A DNA stretch of 64,000 nucleotides, taken from assembly GCA_965214835.1 (NCBI GenBank), contig CBDCCK010000002.1:2912001-2976000 (forward strand), written 5' to 3'. This document shows positions 41,674 through 55,017 of this stretch, piece after piece. How positions within the stretch are numbered: position 1 is the first letter of the stretch; the number at the start of each line of letters is the position of its first letter. The DNA is from Nitrosopumilaceae archaeon. GTDB taxonomy: Archaea; Thermoproteota; Nitrososphaeria; Nitrososphaerales; Nitrosopumilaceae. The position numbers and the translations under genes were made by a program. A model generated the notes under the pieces. It searched no databases. It saw only the letters and a list, made by a program, of their open reading frames with translations, and was not told the DNA's origin.

Positions 41674-43209
41674 ATGAGATGGAGGCTACCGGTTCTCGTC
41701 TTTGCGCTCCTGCTCCTGATAAACCTGTCCGTTAGCCATGGGGCCCCCGACGTGACAGACGGCAAGAGGGCGTTCCTTTACGCGGAGAACCTGGCGCTGA
41801 ACGGAAGGCTGGGGCTCGCGCTGAACCTACCGTCTGCAGAGACCGAGGTCTTCCCATCCCACAGCATAAGGAGCATGGAAGAGTCGCTGCAGATAGTGGC
41901 AGACAGGTCCTACAACATCCTAGAGCCCGAGGGGGCCACCAAGGAGGAGTACATAGAGGAGTTCATGGAGCAAAACAGTGACGAGTTCTACTACCAAGTG
42001 CCGCTGGTTCTGCCCGTACTGGCAGCACCCCTGTATGTGGTAGCCGAGGCTGTCGGCGCGGTGCCGATCGAGTTCGTCCCGCTCTACCTGAACTCGGTCA
42101 TAATCGCCGTCTTTGGGGTGGTACTCCTTGCCATTGGGCGGGAGATGTTCGGCTCGGACAGGATCGGGTTCGTCATGGCCCTTCTGCTTGGCCTTACCAC
42201 GTTTATGTGGCCGTACGTCTCGAGCATGTTTTCCAGGCCGCTTGCCGTCATGCTCCTGTTCCTCGGCCTGTACCTAGTTCTGTACTGCAAGAACAGGCCG
42301 GGCATCCTGCTTCCGGTTCTTGCCGGCACCGCCATCGGATTCTCGTATATAGCGCACCCCAACCTACTCACCCTGGCTCCTGCCGCCGTGGCCTTTGGCG
42401 TGTTCCGGTTCAGGAGGAACAGGAGGCAGATCATCGCCCTCATCTTGGTCTCCATTGTAATGATCGGCTTCATGGCCCTTCTAAACCAGTACAGGTTCGG
42501 CGCCGTCGACGCGTTTGGCTGGCATGTAAAGCCGATACAGCATAATATTGGCAATGTTGTCACCGCCGACATTCGTCTAGGAGGCTTTGTAGACCTGCTG
42601 ATCAGCCCTAGTGACAGCGTGTTCCTATACGTCCCGCTGATCGTGTTGCACCCGCTAGGCCTGTACTACATCTACAGGAAAGACAGGGCCCTAGCGCTAC
42701 TCCTAGTATATGTTACCGTGGTGACGTACATGGCCACAGCCAACGTACTTGCGTGGAACACGCTAGGAAACGGCTGGGGGCCCCACAGGTACCTGCTGCC
42801 TCTGGTTCCCGGAATAGTAGTCTCTGCCGGGGCGGTGGTCGCAAGGCATTCGCACTCGCTAAAGGCGGCGGTGCCGGTGGTAGCCATGGCATGTGTGGGA
42901 TTTTACACAAACCTGCACGGCGCCCTAGTGTTCTTTCTCTGGTACAGCTCGTACCTGACCAGGGAGCTCGGCGTGACCGACATAGTTTCTGCGATACGCA
43001 GACTCGAGCACTCTGTCATCCCCATAATCCAGAGGATCATAGAGGAGGGGTACGTCCACTCACATACGGGATGCCATGTAACGCCCTACTACTATTGCGA
43101 GTACGGGATCTGGGCCGTGGCCGTCCTTGGCGCGCTGATCGCCATTTCCGGGTTCATGATACTGCGTTTGCTCGGGATCCGGACTCTGCGGCCGGTAGTG
43201 AACCGGTAG
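41674..43209 (+). CDS. Polytopic membrane glycosyltransferase-like protein (GT-C/PMT-like)
   Basis: More than 10 TM segments, first-loop DVTD, WPYVSSMFS, GWGPHRYLLP. Confidence 0.7.
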   Translation: MRWRLPVLVFALLLLINLSVSHGAPDVTDGKRAFLYAENLALNGRLGLALNLPSAETEVFPSHSIRSMEESLQIVADRSYNILEPEGATKEEYIEEFMEQNSDEFYYQVPLVLPVLAAPLYVVAEAVGAVPIEFVPLYLNSVIIAVFGVVLLAIGREMFGSDRIGFVMALLLGLTTFMWPYVSSMFSRPLAVMLLFLGLYLVLYCKNRPGILLPVLAGTAIGFSYIAHPNLLTLAPAAVAFGVFRFRRNRRQIIALILVSIVMIGFMALLNQYRFGAVDAFGWHVKPIQHNIGNVVTADIRLGGFVDLLISPSDSVFLYVPLIVLHPLGLYYIYRKDRALALLLVYVTVVTYMATANVLAWNTLGNGWGPHRYLLPLVPGIVVSAGAVVARHSHSLKAAVPVVAMACVGFYTNLHGALVFFLWYSSYLTRELGVTDIVSAIRRLEHSVIPIIQRIIEEGYVHSHTGCHVTPYYYCEYGIWAVAVLGALIAISGFMILRLLGIRTLRPVVNR

Positions 43210-43374
43210 TGATCCCCCTCCGGCGTCCGATCCGAGGTATGTTTCAGCCGGCTGAAAAAAAACAGTCTTCCCAAAAGTTCCCCAAAGCGGCTTCAAACTC
43301 GAAACGGTTCTCAATCGCAGACACTATGCGCCACACCGGCACATCACGGCGCATCACTGACGCGGCCGCGCTGC

Positions 43375-43480
43375 CGGAAGTTCTGCCACGTGAGCCTGCG
43401 CCCCAGTATCCTCTCTGTCTCAGACACGTCGTCCCGGAGAAAGTCCCGCAGTCGGCGCCTGCCTTGGGGAGGTGGCGGAC
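43375..43480 (-). pseudogene. Possible sulfotransferase C-terminal remnant
   Basis: RRRLRDFLRDDVSETERILGRRLTWQNF resembles sulfotransferase C-termini. Confidence 0.35.
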
Positions 43481-43492
43481 ATGGATGTTATG

Positions 43493-43994
43493 GGAGTTGT
43501 TGTGTGATTCGATTTATCCTGTATAATTTGCTCATTTTCCAAGTCATTACATCTAGATCACGTCCAATGTGGGGATGGCGTGTGGAAATTTCAAGCATTT
43601 TGGCGAATTACGCAGCATCTATGTTAAAAACACCCGTCGTAGAAACGACGATGTTCCTAGTTTCTTCTGATCCACGCCTACTTGATCGTGGCCCACTTTA
43701 GCTGACGCTGGTTGCACGATGCAGTCGCGCTTGCCTTCTCCCGGTGCGGTCATGTCATATCCTCCCAGATCATTGGGTGGGTGGTGGGGCAGGAGGTGAG
43801 TCACCGCAGGCGGTTTCTTTCCTCCTGGTCTTGACGGATCAGAAGCTGCAGTCATCTATCAGTGCGCGAAGCACAGGAACACAGCAGCTCGGATATCCCC
43901 ATTCAACCTCGAGTGCGCTGAGCACATGTCGCGTAAGGGGTTGATCCATCACCCTGACTACGGCGGTGGTGTTTTTATCACGTGCTCAACCCCC
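43493..43994. mobile_element. Degenerate GGGGTTG-TIR MITE split by mini-IS110 copy C
   Basis: Flanking ATGTTATG (43485-43492, 43995-44002). Reconstituted end TTTTGGCGAATTACGCAGCAACCCC resembles TTCTGGCGAATTAGGCGACAACCCC of the 7679 MITE. Confidence 0.7.
43616..43988 (-). mobile_element. Non-autonomous mini-IS110 (copy C): both ends plus bridge-like RNA, no recombinase
   Basis: 43616-43785 is homologous to 38261-38420 and 43830-43988 to 39625-39781; CA core at both junctions. Confidence 0.85.
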
Positions 43995-44215
43995 ATGTTA
44001 TGATGCCAATCTTGCGCATCCGGCATTTGTAGATGATCCTGCACACATAAAATTGAGCTTGCCGCGCGTCTTCTCAAAAGTAACCCAAGCCAACGCATTC
44101 TGACCAAGGCAGATCAGTTAGGCACAAGTCTGCATGCAGATATAGCCTGCATTCCTGACAGGTGGATGGGACGTGGCCTCGTACGCTAAAATAGATCTGC
44201 GTCACATCCCAAACA

Positions 44216-44635
44216 TTGGATGACAGAAAACTAGAGGTGCACTTTGGGGAGGTAGGGGCAGTTCTGGGGTTGCTAGAGGAGTACGGCTCAGAATCAAGGT
44301 TTTTGTGGCTTCGGGAGATCGACAGGCAGACCGGAATCGACAGGGGGCTGCTGCGCAACATCCTGAATCACCTCAAGAAGACCGGGGAGGTAATGGAGAT
44401 GCACGGCCAAAACAAGAGAATCTTTTTTGCGCTAAAAAAATACTACGTGCAGTGCCATGATGCAGAATCAAAGTCCAAAGAGGGGGCTTCCTCAGGCAAG
44501 TACAGCAGGGCCAGGGGCCTGAGCAGGACGCAAAAGTCAGCAGAGAGGACCAGAAAAAGGGCCGAGAGGCAGCAAAAAAGGCGCGAGGCAAAGCTGTTTT
44601 CTCGCGCAAGGCACAGGAGAAAAGTCAGCTCCTAA
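44216..44635 (+). CDS. Winged-helix-like protein with basic C-terminal tail
   Basis: LREIDRQTGIDRGLLRNILNHLKKTGEV. Confidence 0.6.
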   Translation: MDDRKLEVHFGEVGAVLGLLEEYGSESRFLWLREIDRQTGIDRGLLRNILNHLKKTGEVMEMHGQNKRIFFALKKYYVQCHDAESKSKEGASSGKYSRARGLSRTQKSAERTRKRAERQQKRREAKLFSRARHRRKVSS

Positions 44636-44751
44636 AGCTTGGATGCGCGCCGGGGCGTGAAAAAATGAAATCGTCGTACATTGTCGTGCATAGCGTCCGC
44701 TGGGTCGTGATTTAAAATGAATCATCGCGCATAGTCTCTATGTAAATGGCT

Positions 44752-47748
<2,997 letters not shown>

Positions 47749-47863
47749 AAATTCAGCCACATATTACACGACTATGCACGACGATCATCGGGTGCAGTCC
47801 AGGGAGGACTGCCCCCTACATCCTTCATACATCACTTTCATGATGCATTGCATCTGATGGTTT

Positions 47864-47896
47864 TTTGTGAAGACTTGTGCACCCGGCACAATTTCT

Positions 47897-47900
<4 letters not shown>
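47864..47900 (-). other. 3' arm of the pre-16S processing stem (pairs with ~49404-49438)
   Basis: GTGAAGAC..GTGCA.CCG...CAATT is complementary to AATTG...CGGATGCAC...GTCTTCAC with bulges. Confidence 0.65.
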
Positions 47901-49368
<1,468 letters not shown>

Positions 49369-49577
49369 CCTAGTCGCTTATGATTATTGAAAGTACAGTT
49401 GTACTTGGAATTGAAACGGATGCACTTTGTCTTCACGATTCAGAACTGACCGCTTGATCAGAACCTCATGTTGTATGCGAAACTGGAGGCTTGCAAATCA
49501 CAAAATGGCATACTGCCATACTTTCATCACAAGCGCCGCTCTTGCGTTTCGTATGCAGAGTGTGGAATTGGTCAAAT

Positions 49578-49590
49578 ACATATAAACCAT
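49578..49590 (-). promoter_or_regulatory. Candidate TATA box in the divergent rRNA/hemL intergenic region
   Basis: TTTATATG on the minus strand at 49579-49586. Confidence 0.4.
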
Positions 49591-49643
49591 CGCAAAAATT
49601 ATCGATCTGTAGGCGGAAAGCTGTAAAATTTGACGGTGAAAAA

Positions 49644-50963
49644 ATGGAAAAAGACCCCCTAATTGCAAAATACAGGAGAAAAACCCCGAAATCAGCAAGA
49701 CTATTTGCCAAATCCGCAAAATTTCACATCAATGGCGTAAGCCACAACGTCCGGTTCTTTGAGCCCTATCCCTTTGTCACTAGATCAGCGAAGGGCAGGT
49801 TCCTGACAGACGTTGACGGGAACAGGTTTGCAGACTATTGGATGGGGCACTGGAGCCTGATTCTGGGACACGTCCCCAGTCAGGTAAGGTCTGCAGTGAG
49901 TGGGCAGCTTGCAAGGGGCTGGATGCACGGGACGGTAAGCGAGCCTACGATAAGACTCTCAGAGATGATTCAAAAGGCGGTTCCGGTCGCAGAAAAAATC
50001 CGTTATGTCACCTCCGGGACGGAGGCTGCAATGTACGCAGTCAGGATTGCGCGCAGTGCGACCCGAAGAAAGACGATTGCAAAGATCGACGGTGGGTGGC
50101 ACGGATACACCTCTGACCTGCTAAAGACTGTCAACTGGCCGTTTTCAGAGCCGGAGAGCAGCGGGCTGGTGGATGAAAAGCACATCGTCTCCATCCCGTA
50201 CAACGACTTGGAAAAATCAACTGCAATCCTGGACAAGGTCAGGGGGGATCTGGCAGGGGTAATCATCGAGCCGGTGCTTGGCGGGGGCGGGTGCATTCCG
50301 GCCACGCAAGAGTACATGAGGGGAATCCAGGAGTTTGTCCACGGGAACGACTCGATGTTTATCCTCGATGAAATCGTGACGGGATTCAGGTTCAGGTACG
50401 GCTGCCTGTATCCCACAATGGGGCTAAGGCCCGACATCATCACGCTGGGAAAGATCGTCGGCGGGGGATTCCCGATAGGGGTAATCTGCGGGACGGGGTA
50501 TGTCATGAAGCATGCAGACGCCGGCAGGCTTTCAAAAAGGCAGAGGTCATATGTCGGAGGCGGGACGTTTTCTGCAAATCCCGCATCCATGGTCGCGGGA
50601 TTCGAGACGCTCTCAAGCCTCAAAAAGGAGTCATCCAGGATTTATCCAAAGATTGACGGCATCGGAGGCAGGGCAAGGGATCAGCTGGCCAGGATTTTTG
50701 ACGGCCGGGTGGTGACGACCGGAAGGGGGTCGCTGTTCATGACACACTTTACCCGCGGCAGGACCGATGAAATCACGGATGCCGCCCAGGCAGCAAGGTG
50801 CGATTCCGGGCTACTTTACCGGTATCACCTCAAGATGATGGCAGAGGACGGCATATTCTTCTTGCCCGGAAAGCTGGGGGCCGTATCCTATGCGCACGGC
50901 GACTCTGACCTCAAAAAGATGACGGCAGCCTCGCAGGAGTTTGCAGAGACCAATAAGCTTTAG
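49644..50963 (+). CDS. hemL: Glutamate-1-semialdehyde 2,1-aminomutase (class III aminotransferase)
   Basis: [41 protein letters not shown]; start at MEKDPL. Confidence 0.85.
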   Translation: MEKDPLIAKYRRKTPKSARLFAKSAKFHINGVSHNVRFFEPYPFVTRSAKGRFLTDVDGNRFADYWMGHWSLILGHVPSQVRSAVSGQLARGWMHGTVSEPTIRLSEMIQKAVPVAEKIRYVTSGTEAAMYAVRIARSATRRKTIAKIDGGWHGYTSDLLKTVNWPFSEPESSGLVDEKHIVSIPYNDLEKSTAILDKVRGDLAGVIIEPVLGGGGCIPATQEYMRGIQEFVHGNDSMFILDEIVTGFRFRYGCLYPTMGLRPDIITLGKIVGGGFPIGVICGTGYVMKHADAGRLSKRQRSYVGGGTFSANPASMVAGFETLSSLKKESSRIYPKIDGIGGRARDQLARIFDGRVVTTGRGSLFMTHFTRGRTDEITDAAQAARCDSGLLYRYHLKMMAEDGIFFLPGKLGAVSYAHGDSDLKKMTAASQEFAETNKL

Positions 50964-50986
50964 AAGCTGCCAGTCCAAGAAACATC

Positions 50987-51130
50987 ATGGATAAAAAACC
51001 AGACAAGATGAAAAGCACCGAGGACGAGCACGACGAGGCCGTGGCAGGCGAGGATCCAACACAGGTATCCCGTGAGGATCTGGAGGGCTTTGCCAGAGAG
51101 GCGGTAAGGAAGTTCAAGTCGATGGGCTAG
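50987..51130 (+). CDS. Small acidic protein (47 aa, missing from ORF track)
   Basis: MDKKPDKMKSTEDEHDEAVAGEDPTQVSREDLEGFAREAVRKFKSMG fills the hemL-TPR gap. Confidence 0.55.
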   Translation: MDKKPDKMKSTEDEHDEAVAGEDPTQVSREDLEGFAREAVRKFKSMG

Positions 51131-51141
51131 GGTTATGCAGG

Positions 51142-51963
51142 ATGGGACTTTTTGGCGGCAGGGAGGATCCGGAGGATCTGATGTATCACGCGATGGACAT
51201 GATGGAGAAAAACCAGCCAAAGGCGGCCGTGTCCCTGTTCAGCAAGGTACTCAGGCAGGATCCAAGGAACGTCTCTGCGCTGTACAACAAGGGACTGGCG
51301 CTGAACCAGATCAAAAAGTATGCCGATGCCGTGACCTGCTTTGACCTGGTTTTGGAGCAAAACCCCGTGGATGCGCCCGCATACAACAACAAGGGAATAG
51401 CGCTTGCAGAGATGGGCAACGCCCAGGATGCGGTCGAGTGCTATGACAGGGCCATAGAGGCCGATCCAAAGCATGCGGCATCCTACTTTAACAAGGGGGT
51501 GCTCTTTGACAGGCTTGGGGATCACGAGGGGGCACTCAGCTGCCTGGACGAGGCAATAGCGATCGATTCCCGAAGGGTAAACTCCCGGTTTTACAGGGGC
51601 ATTGTACTTGGAAAGATGAAGAGGCACGAGGAGGCCCTCAACTGCTTTGAGAAGATATGCGAAAAGCATCCAAGGAACCGGGACGCAAAGCTCCAAAAGG
51701 GAGTCCAGCAGGCGGAGCTTGGAGAGCACAAAAAGGCGGTTCGCGTCTTCGATGAAATCCTAGAGGAGTACAAAGACAACGCCCACGTCATGTATGCAAA
51801 GTCCCGAAGCCTTGCGGCGCTAGGAGAGGACGCGAGATCCATGAGCCTGCTAGGGGACGCGATTGCAAAGAACCCAAAGGTCATCAGAAGGATGGCAAGA
51901 GATGAGAGGATCTTTGAGAAATACCACACCTCTGACCGGTTCAGGAGGATGGTAAAGCTCTGA
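51142..51963 (+). CDS. TPR-repeat protein
   Basis: Repeated ALYNKG / AYNNKG / YFNKG TPR units. Confidence 0.92.
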   Translation: MGLFGGREDPEDLMYHAMDMMEKNQPKAAVSLFSKVLRQDPRNVSALYNKGLALNQIKKYADAVTCFDLVLEQNPVDAPAYNNKGIALAEMGNAQDAVECYDRAIEADPKHAASYFNKGVLFDRLGDHEGALSCLDEAIAIDSRRVNSRFYRGIVLGKMKRHEEALNCFEKICEKHPRNRDAKLQKGVQQAELGEHKKAVRVFDEILEEYKDNAHVMYAKSRSLAALGEDARSMSLLGDAIAKNPKVIRRMARDERIFEKYHTSDRFRRMVKL

Positions 51964-52114
51964 GGGTGGCGCCTCGGCCTTTGCAGGCAGCAATCCCGTG
52001 CGCCTGGCTTGCCGGGGCAGAGACGGTACGGCTGGATCCAGCATTGGAAAGGAGTGTCAGGCGATTCCCAGGCACAGTGAAGACAAATACATGATCGCCG
52101 AATCCGGCAGCAGG

Positions 52115-52819
52115 TTACAGGATTTTGCCCCTGACCGCATCGACTCTGATGGTTGCGGTTCTCCCTTTGGGACCAAACAGTACTGCCTCATAGACTGGAA
52201 CGTAGATCCTGTCTATCTCCCGGACGATGGTCTCCTCAGACAGGTCACGTATCTCATCACCAAGCCCCGGCCTTAGCCTCAGGGTCAGCTCGGAAATCAG
52301 GTCGTCCTCAGACAGTGTCGACTCGATTATGGCAGAGTCGTGCCCGTCTAGTACCCTGTGGGGATAGTGCTCCACCGTCTTGGAGTTTACCCTAAAGGTA
52401 AGCTTGATTTCCTTTCCACCGGTGTCAAAATAAAACTTGCCCTCATCCTCCACATGTACGTGCTCTTCAACCGGCAGATCCACCTTGTTCTTGCCCAGCT
52501 TGCCAGAGATCCTTTTGCGAAACGCTGACCTTGTCCGGATTGGAAATACGCCGCCTCCAAAGACTACCTCATCTACATTTTTGTCAACGGATATGGTGTG
52601 CGATGCCTTGCGAAAATAGTCGGCCTCATATCCTCCCGAAATCGAGGTGATGCACTCGTAGTTCAGCGTGGAGGACTCGATGCGAACGTCCCTGCGCTTT
52701 GGCTTTCGAAGCATCGAGCGGAAACTGTCTGCCTTTTTTTCCTCAACTAGTGCACAAAGATCGTCCTCGGTGATTACCTTTTTTAAGACTATGGTCTTGC
52801 TTTCAAATTTCCTTTTCAA
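52115..52819 (-). CDS. Hypothetical protein
   Basis: 234-aa ORF ending YVPVYEA...IRVDAVRG. Confidence 0.8.
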   Translation of the reverse strand: MKRKFESKTIVLKKVITEDDLCALVEEKKADSFRSMLRKPKRRDVRIESSTLNYECITSISGGYEADYFRKASHTISVDKNVDEVVFGGGVFPIRTRSAFRKRISGKLGKNKVDLPVEEHVHVEDEGKFYFDTGGKEIKLTFRVNSKTVEHYPHRVLDGHDSAIIESTLSEDDLISELTLRLRPGLGDEIRDLSEETIVREIDRIYVPVYEAVLFGPKGRTATIRVDAVRGKIL

Positions 52820-52876
52820 CTGTATTCAGAAGGCAGGATCGATCTAATAAAGTAGCTGAAAAGACTGGTCTGCTGA

Positions 52877-52992
52877 TAACAGGTTAGCCCCTGCCTAGGC
52901 AGCAATCAGGCATGAGTCTGCCTGCAGTTGTGATTTTCATGCATGACAGGTAGGGGACGTGACTTCAACTCTAGGCAGGGGCTAACCTGTTA
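52877..52992. mobile_element. 116-bp MITE with perfect 22-bp inverted repeat
   Basis: TAACAGGTTAGCCCCTGCCTAG (52877-52898) / CTAGGCAGGGGCTAACCTGTTA (52971-52992). Confidence 0.85.
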
Positions 52993-53206
52993 CGAAGAAA
53001 GTAATGAATAAAGACAAATTCCTCAATTTGATTGAGAATTCGTTGTTAGACGAACAAAAAAATGAGAATCTAGCAAACCTAATAGAGAAAAATTGTATAG
53101 CGAAATGATAAACAAATACATGAATAAAACCTAGGAAAATCATTTCAAAAAACCAAACATGATGCCTAACAACTCAGCAACAGATCCTGCTACCGAAATT
53201 ATTACT

Positions 53207-53230
53207 AGACCTTATGCGTAATCGCTTGGA
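53207..53230. mobile_element. Orphan AGACCTTATGCGTAA TIR
   Basis: Same TIR as 3657, 5417, 13400 and 17070. Confidence 0.7.
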
Positions 53231-53391
53231 TCAAAGCATTCGCATGAGGCCATGTCCACTTACCGGCCATGCGTGAAAATCACAGTTGCAAACTCGTGCC
53301 TAACTTTGCCTGCATGAATAAAATGAGGGCGATAACGGAGTCGTAACGACTAACCTATCCCACGATGAGATGATTTTAATTCCACCTGCGC

Positions 53392-53630
53392 CTATCGATT
53401 ACATTCTTCAGTAAAAACTTGAAGGTTTTCGACATCATCCAGGCTGACGCCCCGGATCGCCTTTAGGATCCAGTCCGGACTAGGCGTACGGCAACTATAC
53501 GCGCCGCCCTTAAATGCATTTTGTCGGCGATTCTGCAAAATCCTCCTCTCAGACATGAAATATAGAACGCGCAGTGCGTCGATGTGGTCATACACTGCGT
53601 TGCGACTCTTTTTGAACCCGTGCGGATTAA
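53392..53630 (-). pseudogene. Possible IS4/ISH3-like transposase N-terminal fragment
   Basis: RTPSPDWILKAIRGVS; weak resemblance only. Confidence 0.3.
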
Positions 53631-53631
53631 C

Positions 53632-53778
53632 TTGTGCCGAGTATGTGGCTTTGACATGATGGAACATCACATGTGCGGGGACTGCAGGAGGCCGGTCTCG
53701 TTTGAGTGTAGTACGTGCGGGAACATCACGCCCATCCAGCATCATCCGGTCTGCCGGTGCGGCCTGGATGCTACCTGA
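53632..53778 (+). CDS. Small multi-CxxC zinc-binding protein
   Basis: CRVCG...CGDC...CSTCG...HHPVC. Confidence 0.5.
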   Translation: MCRVCGFDMMEHHMCGDCRRPVSFECSTCGNITPIQHHPVCRCGLDAT

Positions 53779-54355
53779 TCTCGGGGTCGCCGCCGGCATA
53801 GTACCCGCCGCCAAAAAGGCGCCAGCCGCCAAAACTGTCCCGGAGCCCGGGAGGACAGAGCCTTTTTGCCGCGAGGTACAGGACGTACAGGAGAACCGCC
53901 GCGGCTGCCACCTCCGATGATATGGAGTAAAACTCCCTGTCAAGCCCTGACAGGAACGGACTGGCAAACTCGGCGGGCGGCCCGATGTATGAAGTCGTGC
54001 CGTCTTGAAGGATGCAGACTGCAGCGGTGCATCGTGGAAAGAGACCCGATAGCCGCTCCATGCCGTCATGCTCGGGGATGCAGACAAATGAGTTGCACGC
54101 GGGGATCCCGCCTGCCGGTGCCGGATCGTGGAATCCGGGCAGAAAGAGCGGAGGGAAAACCGCGTACAGGATGACTAGTCCAAAAAGCCACATGGCAATC
54201 TTCTCCCTGTGTATGGATCCCCAGTTCCACTGCCTGCCGCGGCACCTGCGGCAGCTCTCCATGTTGTCGGTCCTGCAGTCCATGCAGACGTTTTTTCCGC
54301 AGTAATAGCATCTTGCCGTGTCAGACTTTGAGCCACACCTGGCGCACTTGCGCAT
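53771..54355 (-). CDS. Zn-finger plus membrane protein, probably frameshifted
   Basis: CARC...CYYC...CMDC...CRRC followed by hydrophobic segments. Confidence 0.55.
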   Translation of the reverse strand: MRKCARCGSKSDTARCYYCGKNVCMDCRTDNMESCRRCRGRQWNWGSIHREKIAMWLFGLVILYAVFPPLFLPGFHDPAPAGGIPACNSFVCIPEHDGMERLSGLFPRCTAAVCILQDGTTSYIGPPAEFASPFLSGLDREFYSISSEVAAAAVLLYVLYLAAKRLCPPGLRDSFGGWRLFGGGYYAGGDPEIR

Positions 54356-54499
54356 GATCCAGAAAAGGCGTGCAGGACATATTGGTGTTTAGGGCCGGGG
54401 CAAAAGACGCGGCCCAAAACCATGATCGCAGACGGCTCACCGGCAGTCCAAAACAATTAAGCCGACGCATCCATATGCAGGGCGAACATCTTGATGAGA

Positions 54500-54945
54500 C
54501 CCGAATTTGGCGGGGTCTCATCGCAGGAGAACCGTGGAACTCTCCAGCTTGCCGTTGGTCTCCGGGTGATACGGCCTGGAGTTTATCAGGATGATGTCCC
54601 GTGCAAGCAGCTCCTCCTCAAAGAGCGTGGGCTGCCACGTCCCCATGCCGGTGCCGCCCTTGGAGTCCGCCTTTTTTCTGCCGTTCTGTCCTACAAAGCA
54701 CGGGCCGATGTCAGACAGTATGGATGCAGGCGTGCCAAACCGCTCGATCGCCGGCCTGAGCCTCATCACGGCGTTCTCAGAGGTGGCATGCTCAGAGCGC
54801 GGCCCCCGTAATGCACCCTGAGGCATCATCAAGATACGTGGCTAGATAGAGCCCCTTTAGGCGTGGATTCTTCATCTCGTGCCAGCCTGCGTGCCACATG
54901 GCGTTTGAATACCTGCGCTCAAAGCGGACGTATCTTCTCTTTGAT
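54500..54945 (-). pseudogene. Degraded IS481 transposase fragment
   Basis: YVRFERRYSNAMWH, ATSENA, ASILSD, YHPETNGKLE. Confidence 0.8.
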
Positions 54946-55017
54946 TTTGCCGCAGATTGGGCAGTTTGTCTTGACTGTTTTGAGCTTGGCCGTTTTATGG
55001 CAAGACTGCATGCCGGG

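Noticed and set aside
47749-47896. tRNA in the 16S-23S spacer
   Set aside because: No cloverleaf or T-loop motif seen; the spacer is explained by processing stems.
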